The position numbers and the translations under genes were made by a program. A DNA stretch of 64,000 nt from an uncultured virus (IMG/VR IMGVR_UViG_3300035422_000248). Taxonomy: Duplodnaviria > Heunggongvirae > Uroviricota > Caudoviricetes. This document shows positions 37,076-47,200 of this stretch, piece by piece. The DNA is taken from positions 1 through 64,000 of IMG/VR virus record IMGVR_UViG_3300035422_000248, one strand, 5' to 3'. Each line of letters starts with the position of its first letter. Position 1 is the first letter of the stretch. Under the pieces are notes generated by a model that was not told the origin of the DNA, ran no database searches, and saw only the letters and a list, made by a program, of their open reading frames with translations.

Positions 37076-38632
37076 TTAGTCGGTTGCCATTACGTCACCG
37101 GCATACTCACTCCACTCGGTCTTGGCGGTATCGCCCGAACCGGTTGTCTTAGCCTGCCAAAGTGTACCCTTGACAGCATTGGTGGCTATGCCGGGGCAGT
37201 CCGAAAGCATGTAGAACACACAGCCGTCTGCCGGGTTGGCAGGTGCGTCTGCGCCGCCCTCATAGAGGTGATAGTGGACGGCTTCGGTGTTGAGGTTGCC
37301 GTCGGCGGTAGATGCTTCGCCGTTTATCCACACATGGCATGAGCCTTTGAGCGCGAGTGCATCCCACACGAGCATTGACTCGCGAGTTGCCTCTTCACCC
37401 TCCATGCGGTCGCGCGAGGTGTGTTCTGCGCTGTATTGGTAGTGGACAAGGCGGTCGGGCGCAACGATGAATGCCGAGTTGCTCCATTTGAGGCGGTCGA
37501 GGGTCGGGTCGTGCTTGAACTCAAGGTCTCCGAACACGGTGTGGAAGTTGGTGACAACCCAGCCCACGGGATTGGTCTTGGAGGTAATCTGAATTTCGGG
37601 GTGCTTGGAGTAGTCAATGCACTGGATGTTTTCAAGAAAGTTCTTACCTGCAAGGCAGATTACGCTCTTGGGTACATCCTCACCGGTGAACACCATCTTG
37701 GCGAGGGCGATGATTTCCTCAACGGTCCACTTGCCGATGTGCTGGAGTTCTTTCTTCACCTGATAGCGGACACCCTCGGAGCAGTACACGGTCTGCACAC
37801 CTGCTTTTGGTGTCTGCACGGAGAATTTCGCCTTGCGTCCGGCGTAGAGCGTGCGGTTACCGCGTACCTTGAAGTTGGTGATGGCGGCTTCCGCGATGAC
37901 AGCCTTGCCGAACGGGATGCGCTTCTTCTGCGCTTCGTAGTAGTCCGATACTATCTGGTTCATGCCGCGCTTCTGCAAGAACACGGTGGTGGGCTGCGGA
38001 ACAATGAGGTCGGGGTCAACTTCTTTCTGCGTCTCGTAGAGGGCGTTGGAAAGGATGATGAGGGTCGTTCCGGCAGGGATAGCAGGAGTGGTGCAATACT
38101 CGTCTGCCTTTGCTGTCTTGGGACCGTTGACTGCGCGGACGATGGGGTTGCCTGTGGCAGGGTCGTGACCTACGACAAACAGCATGAGGTCTTTGCCGGG
38201 GGTGACGCTCTGACCGTCCTCGGTGTAGCCGTCAACACCTTTGGCAAGCAGTGTGCCGTAGGGGCGAGGTATGGCTGNNNNNNNNNNNNNNACAGGCAAC
38301 ACGAACTGCTGGCTTGTGCCTTTTGCTACCGCGGTGGTGGTGATGATGCTTGAACGCGGTTCATCGATCATGTAGTGGTCAACTTCGGGGGAGTTGACTT
38401 TGACTTTCTTCGCTTTCAGCATGAGCTGCATAAGCGGAGTGTCATCCGATTTGAACTTGTAGAGTTCCTGGTCAAGGTCACTCTGCACGAGGTTGCCGGG
38501 GCCTACGCCACCAGTTGCATCTGCAACACTGCTGACGGTGGTGGCGGTGCCGGGGACTTGCGACTGGACACCGGCTGATCCCGGTGTCGGGGTGGGATTT
38601 GTACCACCTACGTTTACTACTTCTCCGTCCAT
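37076..38632 (-). CDS. Major capsid protein (N gap at 38278-38291)
   Basis: DTPLMQLM, FHTVFGDL..KHDP pattern; downstream of the scaffold, followed by a terminator. Confidence 0.75.
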   Translation of the reverse strand: MDGEVVNVGGTNPTPTPGSAGVQSQVPGTATTVSSVADATGGVGPGNLVQSDLDQELYKFKSDDTPLMQLMLKAKKVKVNSPEVDHYMIDEPRSSIITTTAVAKGTSQQFVLPXXXXXXAIPRPYGTLLAKGVDGYTEDGQSVTPGKDLMLFVVGHDPATGNPIVRAVNGPKTAKADEYCTTPAIPAGTTLIILSNALYETQKEVDPDLIVPQPTTVFLQKRGMNQIVSDYYEAQKKRIPFGKAVIAEAAITNFKVRGNRTLYAGRKAKFSVQTPKAGVQTVYCSEGVRYQVKKELQHIGKWTVEEIIALAKMVFTGEDVPKSVICLAGKNFLENIQCIDYSKHPEIQITSKTNPVGWVVTNFHTVFGDLEFKHDPTLDRLKWSNSAFIVAPDRLVHYQYSAEHTSRDRMEGEEATRESMLVWDALALKGSCHVWINGEASTADGNLNTEAVHYHLYEGGADAPANPADGCVFYMLSDCPGIATNAVKGTLWQAKTTGSGDTAKTEWSEYAGDVMATD

Positions 38633-38659
38633 GTCTTAAAATTTTGCGGATTAAAAAAT

Positions 38660-38857
38660 TTATTTTGTATCACGTTGTGCAAGATTGCCCGGCTTGATAC
38701 CGCCGGTCGCTCCTGCGAGGTTGCTTACCGATGCCATTGCGCCGGGTACTTGCGTCTGCAACCCTGCGCTCCCTTTCGTTGGTGTGAGCCGATGAGAACT
38801 CGGAGGGAATTTTACAACTACGCCGTCCATGCTACATTGCTTCGTTGGCGAGTTCAA
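38660..38857 (-). CDS. 65-aa protein paralogous to the capsid N-terminal arm
   Basis: PTKGSAGLQTQVPG..ATGGIKPGNL versus capsid PTPGSAGVQSQVPG..ATGGVGPGNL. Confidence 0.65.
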   Translation of the reverse strand: MNSPTKQCSMDGVVVKFPPSSHRLTPTKGSAGLQTQVPGAMASVSNLAGATGGIKPGNLAQRDTK

Positions 38858-39572
38858 ACATTGACTGCGCTTTCTTCGGTGCGCCTGCGCCCTCGCCGTT
38901 CTTGCCGCCGAGAGGTGCTATGCCGTCACCTTTCTTGCTCTTGCGCAGACCCTCAACTATCTTGCTGTTGCGTCCTGCAACCTCACCCTCTTCTCCGGCG
39001 GCTGCTACGTCTGCATCGTAGTTGAGTGCCTTGCAGGCCATGTCAAGTGTCTCTGCGCTGAATTTGCCCATAACGCCGTCACGGACTATCGTGAGCAGGA
39101 AGTCAACAACCTTGTCAACCTGCTCATCGCTCATGCCTCGCTCGGCTTGGAATTTGCGCAGGGTTTCAAGAGTTGCGTCCATATTGGCCTCATACTCTTC
39201 ATCAAGTTTCTTGCTCTTGGCAATACGCTCGATATATTCTTTGTTGGCCTCCTCAATCTTGTCCTGCATTTCGGGGTCATCAAGAACATCCTTGACTTCC
39301 ACGCCGAAGTTCCGAACCAGTCCGAGCACCGGGTCTTTGCCGTTGTGCATATCCGTGAGGAACTGCGCACTCCGTGGGTCGGCGGCAAACATATTAGACA
39401 AGGATTGTTCCCTGCCTCTGAGGTCCCCCAACTCTTGCTCGTATTGGTCGTAATCATCGGAAATCTGACCGTAGATTTCCTCATCGTCCTCAAACTTTTT
39501 GTCGGGGTATTTTTTGCGCAGGCGTTCAACGTGTTGGTCGCGTCTGCTCTTAACTTCGTTATTTTCAGCCAT
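38832..39572 (-). CDS. Putative scaffolding protein
   Basis: Acidic and helical; upstream of the capsid gene; start re-assigned to MAENNEV. Confidence 0.65.
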   Translation of the reverse strand: MAENNEVKSRRDQHVERLRKKYPDKKFEDDEEIYGQISDDYDQYEQELGDLRGREQSLSNMFAADPRSAQFLTDMHNGKDPVLGLVRNFGVEVKDVLDDPEMQDKIEEANKEYIERIAKSKKLDEEYEANMDATLETLRKFQAERGMSDEQVDKVVDFLLTIVRDGVMGKFSAETLDMACKALNYDADVAAAGEEGEVAGRNSKIVEGLRKSKKGDGIAPLGGKNGEGAGAPKKAQSMFELANEAM

Positions 39573-39607
39573 TATTTTGAATATCTTATGGTTGGGGGTT
39601 ATCTTTT

Positions 39608-39656
39608 GCGCAAAGATACGCCGTTGGTGTGTGGTAGGACTTTTAAGTTTTGTGAC
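39608..39656 (-). promoter_or_regulatory. Late-promoter motif, copy 3 (head/tail operon)
   Basis: Minus strand GTCACAAAACTTAAA-N22-GTATCTTTGCGC. Confidence 0.7.
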
Positions 39657-39666
39657 GCGAATTTTG

Positions 39667-39674
39667 TAACTTTG
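39667..39674 (+). promoter_or_regulatory. -7 promoter element for the terminase operon
   Basis: TAACTTTG upstream of 39711. Confidence 0.55.
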
Positions 39675-39710
39675 CAGTGACAACTAATCACCAAAAGGGC
39701 AATGGAATAG

Positions 39711-40169
39711 ATGGCTAAACATTTTGGCTCAATAATGGATTTCACACGTCAGCGCAACGATGACCTCATGCGCGCCTATCGTGAGCAGCTTGCATTAGCG
39801 AGTTACATTGTTATGCCCGATATTTTTCAGAAGATTGCCGACTCTCCTGCAAGACGCTTTTGGGTGTCCGAGGAAAGAGCCGCCGTGGAGGTCTCGCGTA
39901 TGCTGATTGGCAAACCGTTCTCGCGTATGAGACCCAACAAGCGTGAGATGTTTGAGGAGATATTCCGCAGATTTCTCGCTCTCCGCGAGGAGCAACCCGG
40001 CAAGTCGGTCTTTGAACTGGTTTCTATCATCGTTCATCAGCCTGCACCTAAATTCTATTTCACTGCCCGGACCGTAGGAGAGTTCATTTACCGCATTAAG
40101 AATGGTTGGTATGACAGACAGCACGACCGCTATAAACAAAATATTGACGGAGAACGACCGCCGCAATGA
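39711..40169 (+). CDS. DNA-binding protein (small terminase or transcription activator)
   Basis: Helical and basic; PAPKFYFTARTVGEFI; precedes the large terminase. Confidence 0.55.
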   Translation: MAKHFGSIMDFTRQRNDDLMRAYREQLALASYIVMPDIFQKIADSPARRFWVSEERAAVEVSRMLIGKPFSRMRPNKREMFEEIFRRFLALREEQPGKSVFELVSIIVHQPAPKFYFTARTVGEFIYRIKNGWYDRQHDRYKQNIDGERPPQ

Positions 40170-42222
40170 GATTATGTTCGCTCCCTGCGACTATCTCACT
40201 GGCGAGGGTTCTATCGGCGAGAGAGTCCGCGTGACTGTCTCCGACTTTGTGTTGCCTGTTCAGTGGTTGCCTGTGGATATGATGAATATCCCCTTTGTGC
40301 GTAAACTTGTCTCCGCAGGTTCTATTGACGCTTTCCTCGCCGATGTGCTTCACGTTGAGCCTAACGATGTGGATTATCACAAAGTCTCTGAGAAATTCAT
40401 TCGCCTGCGCTACCGACACGACTTCGCCTTTTGGGCGGCTTCGCTCGTGTGGATTCACAATAAGGACGCAGGTGCTGACGTGCTGTTCCGGCTTCGCTAC
40501 CCACAGCGCATACTCGTTTCTCACTTTGAAGAGAAACGCCGTGCCGGTCTGCCCATTCGCCTTATACTCCTCAAAGCGCGTCAGTGGGGCGGCTCCACCA
40601 CTACGCAGATTTACATGATGTGGTTGCAGCTCTTTCACGCCCTCGGTCTCAATTCCCTTATCATCGCTCATCAAGGTGCGGCCTCCGATGAAATCAAGGA
40701 TATGTTCGACACCATGATTAAGGCTTACCCGGTTGAGTTGCTCCACGAAATGGGAGAAACTTTTTCAGAGAATGAGCCGAAGATGATTGGTGTCGGCAAG
40801 TCTGGCTCAACATCCCGCGTGCCTCAACGCAACTGTAAGATTAAGGTCGGCACTGCCGAACGCCCCGATGGTTGCCGTGGCGGTGCTTACTCTCTTGTGC
40901 ATCTCTCCGAGGTTGGCATTTGGAAAAAGACTGAGGGCAAGTCTCCCGAAGATATTGTGCGCTCTGCCTGTTCGGGTATCCTCCTGCGTCCGCTCACCAT
41001 GATCGTAATGGAGTCAACTGCCAACGGCACCGGCAATTTCTTCCACACTGAATACAAAGCGGCCTCTGACCCCGATACTCCCTCGCAGTTTGATGCGCTA
41101 TTCATAGCATGGTTTCAGATTGAGCAATACTCTCTCCCTTTTGAAAACTCCACCAAACTAAGAGAATTTGCACGTTGGCTTTACGAGAACCGGGCCAACG
41201 ATAATGTTGCTACCACTCGTGAGGAAAGCGGACGCTATCTTTATTGGCTATGGCAGAAAGGTGCGAGGTTGGAGGCAATCAATTGGTATGTGCAGGAGCG
41301 AAGCGGTAAGAACAGCCACGCGGTCATGGCTTCCGAGTTTCCATCTGACGATGTGGAGGCGTTCGTTCATTCGGGAACTATGGTCTTTGACAAGTACCAA
41401 GTGGAGGAATTTCAGAAAGCCTGCCGTCCTCCTCGCTTTGTCGGGGATGTCTATGCCGATGGTGATGAGGGGGAAAAGGCTCTTGAAAATCTCCGCTTCA
41501 AGGAGGATAGGCAGGGGCAGTTGTGGATTTGGGCGAAGCCGGAAGATGATGATGAAGTAGAGGTAACCGACCGCTACCTTACTATCGTGGACGTGGGCGG
41601 TCGCTCCTCTAAGGCTGACTGGTCGGTTATCCTCGTTATTGACCGCATGAATATGATTGAGGGTGATCGTCCTGCCGTTGTCGCTCAATGGTACGGACAC
41701 TGCGATATTGACCGCCTCGCGTGGAAAGCTGCGCAGGTGGCGGCTTATTATAATAACTCGCTCCTTGTCATTGAGAGTAATACATTGGAGACCCACGACC
41801 GCGAAAGGCAGGTTGAGGGTGGAGACCAGTCGCAGTATATCCTCAACCAAATCTCAACAATCTATCCCAACCTCTACGCCCGGCGCCAGTCTGAAGATGA
41901 GATTAGGCAGGGCATTCCGCGCAAATACGGCTTCCATACCAACATCGCCACAAAGCCTATGATTATCTCTACTCTTGTCAAGGCTATCCGCGACCATATC
42001 TATACCGAGCGCGACAGCCGCTGTCTCGATGAATACCTCACCTACGAACGTAAACCAAACGGCTCTTACGGCGCAATCATCGGACACCATGATGACCTCC
42101 TCATGACACGAGCAATCGGTCTCCACATCTGCTTCTACGAAATGGATATGCCCCGTATCATTCCCAAGCGCAAGGGCAGGACGGCAAAAAGAAAAGGCCC
42201 CGTCTCCGAGGCCGTTTTCTAA
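40102..42222 (+). CDS. terL: Terminase large subunit
   Basis: LKARQWGGST Walker A, HLSEV, MESTANG, IVDVGG nuclease, HDDLLM. Confidence 0.92.
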   Translation: MVGMTDSTTAINKILTENDRRNEIMFAPCDYLTGEGSIGERVRVTVSDFVLPVQWLPVDMMNIPFVRKLVSAGSIDAFLADVLHVEPNDVDYHKVSEKFIRLRYRHDFAFWAASLVWIHNKDAGADVLFRLRYPQRILVSHFEEKRRAGLPIRLILLKARQWGGSTTTQIYMMWLQLFHALGLNSLIIAHQGAASDEIKDMFDTMIKAYPVELLHEMGETFSENEPKMIGVGKSGSTSRVPQRNCKIKVGTAERPDGCRGGAYSLVHLSEVGIWKKTEGKSPEDIVRSACSGILLRPLTMIVMESTANGTGNFFHTEYKAASDPDTPSQFDALFIAWFQIEQYSLPFENSTKLREFARWLYENRANDNVATTREESGRYLYWLWQKGARLEAINWYVQERSGKNSHAVMASEFPSDDVEAFVHSGTMVFDKYQVEEFQKACRPPRFVGDVYADGDEGEKALENLRFKEDRQGQLWIWAKPEDDDEVEVTDRYLTIVDVGGRSSKADWSVILVIDRMNMIEGDRPAVVAQWYGHCDIDRLAWKAAQVAAYYNNSLLVIESNTLETHDRERQVEGGDQSQYILNQISTIYPNLYARRQSEDEIRQGIPRKYGFHTNIATKPMIISTLVKAIRDHIYTERDSRCLDEYLTYERKPNGSYGAIIGHHDDLLMTRAIGLHICFYEMDMPRIIPKRKGRTAKRKGPVSEAVF

Positions 42223-42236
42223 TCGTGTTATTGGTG

Positions 42237-44192
42237 TCATGCCGCCTGCAACATCTGCTGTGCGCGTTGCACGGCTTCCATGTTCGCGCCCTGCTGTGCC
42301 TGCTGTGCAAGTTCGGGGGAGATGCCGTCCGGCACTTGACCCTGCTCCAGTTGCTCGCGCTGGCTCTTGATGCTTTGCAGGAGTTCATCGGCAAATGGGA
42401 ACTCGCCGTGTTCAAGCAACTGCTCTACGCTGATAGCGTGCATCTCAAACAATTTCATCAGAATATCATTCGACATTGCGCGGTATGTAGGCGTTGCAGT
42501 GCTTTCTACGATTGAGAGGTCAAATTCCACATCGCGTATCTTCTTCGGATCATACTCCACAATGGTGGAATTTCTGCCTGCGATGTTGAATACTCGCGGT
42601 GTGTCGTAGAACTGCTGAATGTTCTTGACATCCTTTGTCGCGCCCTCACGGATAAACATTGAGAACGTATCAAGTATATCAAGCAATGAGGTCGTGGCGT
42701 TCTGCGCCTGCTGATTGTAGAGGCTTGCCGACATTCCGCTGTATCCCGGCTTGCCCTGCAATGCACCGTTCACCCCCGATATATCCTCAAAGAATTTCAA
42801 CTGCATATTCAGCAATTCAGTGATGCCTATCTGCGTGCAGTTGTTGGCGATTTGCTGAGGGAGGGCGGTGCCGGTCTTTGGCTGTTTAATCATTATCACA
42901 CCGTTGAACTGCGCCCACTCGTCCGCAACATCATCCATTGTCATGTCATCAGGCAGACACTCTTTCGGGAAGAGAAGCACACCCTTTGCGCTGGCTCGCA
43001 TAATCCAGTCATACATCGTGATGAGGCGGTTGGTATATCGCTGTTGGTCTATCACGTTGCTAACGAATGAATGTATCTCGCCGTCAATGAACGGATACGC
43101 CTTGAACACGTAGGGGTGGCTCTTATGCTCGTAGGGGGTCTCTCCCTCATCCAGTATATCCCCGAATGGGGTCAGATAGTAATAATACCAGTAACTATCC
43201 ATGAACCACTCATACTGAATAAGGGGAACATCCTCCATATCCATGCCCAGTTCCTGCGCCTCGCGCACTCGCTCGCGGTTCACACTGCCGACAAATTCTT
43301 CAAAATCTTCGGGGTCAATCTTGAACACATCGCCGTTGTTCACATCGTGACAGCGGTAGCGAGGCTTGCTCTCCTTGCGCCATACTTCTATCACCCTGCA
43401 TCGAGTTGCGTCTCTCGGCACAAGGAAGTCATAATATCCCTGCAACGGATAGCCGAAATAGTCATAGGTCGCTCCGAGTTTAGAGGGTTCTTTCGCGTCA
43501 TGGTATATCTCCCCAAACCTCTTGACATCAGCCGGACTTTTGGCAAAACGCTCACAGAGTTCTCCGAACGATATGTCATGCACCTCTCCGAGACATGAGA
43601 CATCCCAACCTCGGAAATCGCGCATATTGTTGTCAATGAAAAAATTGTTTGGCTGAACATAGTCCGTCCAACAATCCAGTTTGTTCTCTCGCCAACCGAA
43701 CCATTTGCGTTGTACCACGAAGCCGGAGATAAGAAACTCCTCCATGCACCGCGCGTTAATCTCGGTCATGCGGTTGAGCTGCATATTGCATTGAAGCACC
43801 GTGGACATGGTCTCGCCATACTTCTGCTCATCGCGGTCGCGGGCCGTGCAGGTCGGCTCTTTGGCTTGACTGCGATACACACCGAGGACTGCCTGCACCA
43901 TGCGCCGGATAAGGTTGTTTTTCAACGCCACATTACCCTGACTCTTGATGTAGTCCTCCTCCTTTACCTGCTTACCATCAACGCAGATATAATCATCCCA
44001 CTGCTTGCCGTAGGTGTATTTCTTGTTGCGCTCGCGGTCTTGGCGAAACGTCTCCATAGCCTGCCAGTATTGCTGTGCCTCAAACAATACGTCAAAGGCC
44101 CGTGCGCGTCCGTTCGTACTCTTGGCGTATGCTACGCTGTCAAGTTCGGAGCGCGGCATCACTCGCCTTGCCTTATGTAATTTTTTTGCCAT
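42237..44192 (-). CDS. Portal protein (P22-like)
   Basis: YTYGKQW, NNLIRRMVQAVLG, VIDQQRYTNR, ISGVNGALQG; Q-rich tail. Confidence 0.85.
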   Translation of the reverse strand: MAKKLHKARRVMPRSELDSVAYAKSTNGRARAFDVLFEAQQYWQAMETFRQDRERNKKYTYGKQWDDYICVDGKQVKEEDYIKSQGNVALKNNLIRRMVQAVLGVYRSQAKEPTCTARDRDEQKYGETMSTVLQCNMQLNRMTEINARCMEEFLISGFVVQRKWFGWRENKLDCWTDYVQPNNFFIDNNMRDFRGWDVSCLGEVHDISFGELCERFAKSPADVKRFGEIYHDAKEPSKLGATYDYFGYPLQGYYDFLVPRDATRCRVIEVWRKESKPRYRCHDVNNGDVFKIDPEDFEEFVGSVNRERVREAQELGMDMEDVPLIQYEWFMDSYWYYYYLTPFGDILDEGETPYEHKSHPYVFKAYPFIDGEIHSFVSNVIDQQRYTNRLITMYDWIMRASAKGVLLFPKECLPDDMTMDDVADEWAQFNGVIMIKQPKTGTALPQQIANNCTQIGITELLNMQLKFFEDISGVNGALQGKPGYSGMSASLYNQQAQNATTSLLDILDTFSMFIREGATKDVKNIQQFYDTPRVFNIAGRNSTIVEYDPKKIRDVEFDLSIVESTATPTYRAMSNDILMKLFEMHAISVEQLLEHGEFPFADELLQSIKSQREQLEQGQVPDGISPELAQQAQQGANMEAVQRAQQMLQAA

Positions 44193-44218
44193 TGCTGTTT
44201 AGTTTAGTGTTGGGGAGT

Positions 44219-44265
44219 GCGCAAAGTTACTGCTTTACACACTCCCCAATCGTTTAACTATTGTG
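44219..44265 (-). promoter_or_regulatory. Late-promoter motif, copy 4 (portal)
   Basis: Minus strand CACAATAGTTAAA-N22-GTAACTTTGCGC. Confidence 0.7.
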
Positions 44266-47200
44266 CCTGCTTCAAGTCGTTCATCATTTCTCGTTTGAGG
44301 GCGATGATTGCCTGCGCGCAAGAGTCTCTCTCGGCAGGGGTCTTGGCTTTCAGCCATTCCTTTGTCAGTGCGTCCACATCGCGCTTGTAGTCCTTGATGA
44401 TTTCGTAGCGGTCATATTCGGGGGTCGCTTCCAGTTCATCAAGCAAGTCATAATACCGGTCCTCATCGTGGCTCTTGACTTTCTTGATTTCGCTGACACG
44501 CTCTTTGGTCTGCTCATACTCTCCGAGGATTTCTGCCATGTTCGGACTGACCGCCTTGTCGGTCGCGGTGGCAAGGCGTTCCTTTGCGAGGGTATTGCTC
44601 CGCGTGCGGTACTTCTCCATTAGTTTCTCGCGCTGTTCGTTGCCATACGCCCAACCGGTCAGCGGCGCGCCGCGTCTCACCTTGTATCGGGCATATCGCT
44701 CCGCAATCTCCGAGGGGGTCATCTTGCTTGCATCCCTGGCCGAAGCGTCAAGTTCATCAAAATAGATCTTGTCAATCTGACTCTGCGGACAATTCAGCAC
44801 TATCAGCAACGCGCACTCGCGTGAGGTCTCTGCATCATCTCCGCAGAAGTCCATGACTGCGGTTACTGCATCGGTCAGAGACTGCGGATTGACACCGAGG
44901 CCCGACTGCACGCATAGGTTGATGACATCGTTCATGGCGACTACTTGGTCTTTATCCATATTCTTTAGGATAGAGAGGACATCGCTTGCCAACGGCATAT
45001 CCTTTGTGAGATAGGCAGGGTTACCCTCGCCCGATACCCACATATTCCCGGCGGCACTCATCACATCACCGCCGGTCAGACCCTCTATGCTTCCGAACAT
45101 GGTGTGATTGAACACATCGTTCATCATCTTGTCTTTCTCATCCTCATTGTCTCCGAGGATGAGATAAGGAAGATATGCGCCTAAGTTCCACAGCAACTGC
45201 AATCCATATCCGAAAACAGCCACGCGCACAAGGTCGCGCACTATGCCACGGCGGTATTCCTGCTTGGCGTTGCGGTCGGCTTGGTCGGGGTCTATGCCGT
45301 CACGCTTCATCTGCTTCGCCATAAATTCCTGCGAAAGGTCTTTGTATCCTTTGATGCCACGATGCTGGAGATTGCGCATTGCATCGTAGAGTTGTCGGCT
45401 GTACGACATGGAGGAGTTGCGGAACACCGTGAAGAGTACGCTCAACCATGAACGGTCAACCTGCATAGTTGAAAGGAACGCGCCCTCGCTTGACTGCTGA
45501 GTCTGATTGAAGAGAATTGTTGCGTCCTGCTTCGCTCTCTGCTCTGCCACATCCGGGTCATAACCTTGTCGCTTGTACTTGGCGAGTTTGGTCTGATACA
45601 TGGAGTGTGCGCCGATCGCAACTGTCAGTGCGTCCACAAAGGCGTTCGGAGACATACCTACGCGAGAGGCTAACTCTACAACGCGGCTGCGCCACATCTT
45701 CCAGTCCATATCGGTTTTCAGCAGGCGCGGGTCTCCTGCCATACGGCTCTTCCATCGCTTCTCAAACAAGGGCAGGTTCTGCATTGTCCACTTCCATGCT
45801 CGCCACGGCGTTGCAATATTCGCCGCGAGGTAAACGGGATTGCTGTCCGATAAGTAGGCAGGCATTGAAAGGAACTGCTTTAATGCCGTGAAGATGCGGA
45901 AACTTACCTTTGCAGCCGTCACACCTTTGGCGATATTCACTGCCGACTTGTCAAGAGCTGCAATCGGTGGACGATATGCGCCTGCGGCCATACTGCACAC
46001 GTTGCGGAAATTATTCCACAACGTCTTGCCTGCGCCGTAGGCACTACTCATGTTCATCACTTGGTTGCGGAAACGCTTGTATGAAAGCAGGGTGTTGAGG
46101 TCGCGGTTGAACTCTGCGAAAGCCGCCCAACGCTCCATTTGCTGAAGGTGGTCGAGGATTACGGAGAATGCGTTGGCACCGGTAACGTCAAGCGCGAGAT
46201 TATTGCGTCTGCGCTTGATGATACTTCCTGTTGAGGTCGCAGGCAATGCGGTGTCGGTCGTATCGTCTGCCACATCTACATTCTCCAGTCTTGCGTTGGC
46301 GAGTATCTTCAAGGGGAAGTAGTTCTCAATAGCGGCCATTGATGCACCGAACATACGCTTGTGTACCTCGTTGTACTCGTTGCGCTTGTCAACGAGGAAC
46401 TCTTCCTGCATCCAGTCTGCAAGTTGAATGAAACGTGGGTCAAGGAAGTTCTTGATGTTTTCAACATCATCTTCCGTGATACCCATACGGCGCAGTTTCA
46501 TCCGTCCGTCACTCATCTTGTCGGCCATGTAGATATACAGCAGATTGCCCTGCGTCAGTTCGTGGTCTTTCATCTCGCCTCCATCCCAAAAACTTACACT
46601 CGCTTTCGGGAGTTTGCGGTCTATGGCGAAGAGGTCACCCCACGTCATATCCTTGCCGAACACTTCACTCACTTTCTCATCAAGCACTTTCAAGGCTTTC
46701 TGATAACCTGTGTACTCTTTCTCGGAGGCTTCCACCCAACCGCGCATATAACGGTTCCATAGATAACCCTCTCCGCAACTGTTCTTCTTGCCGAACATCC
46801 TCAGCATTTGGTCAAAAGTGGCGAGAGGTGCAAGCAGGAAGCGTGCGAAACTATTGTTCACAATCTTCTGCGTGCGGTCATCCTTGTGGTGTTCATCGGT
46901 CGGTCTGCCCTCCATGTCGGAGTTGGCATTGTGGTGGATTTCCTCAACGCGCTGTTTCTCGGCTTCACGCCACGCTTTGGCACGTTCGATACTACCGCTC
47001 AACACATCGCCAACCTGCTCTACAAGCGAGTGGAACGCCTCGGCGCGGTCTATCTTGTTCTGTCGGATTGCGTCATTCGTAGCCTCCACATACTGCTTAT
47101 AAGCCGCTTCGGTCATCTGCCCGGCGTCCTTATCTTCTTTAGCCTGCTTGATGGAGTCGCGCAATGCCTTTTCCTCGGCTTTGCTCTCGGTGATGTCCTC

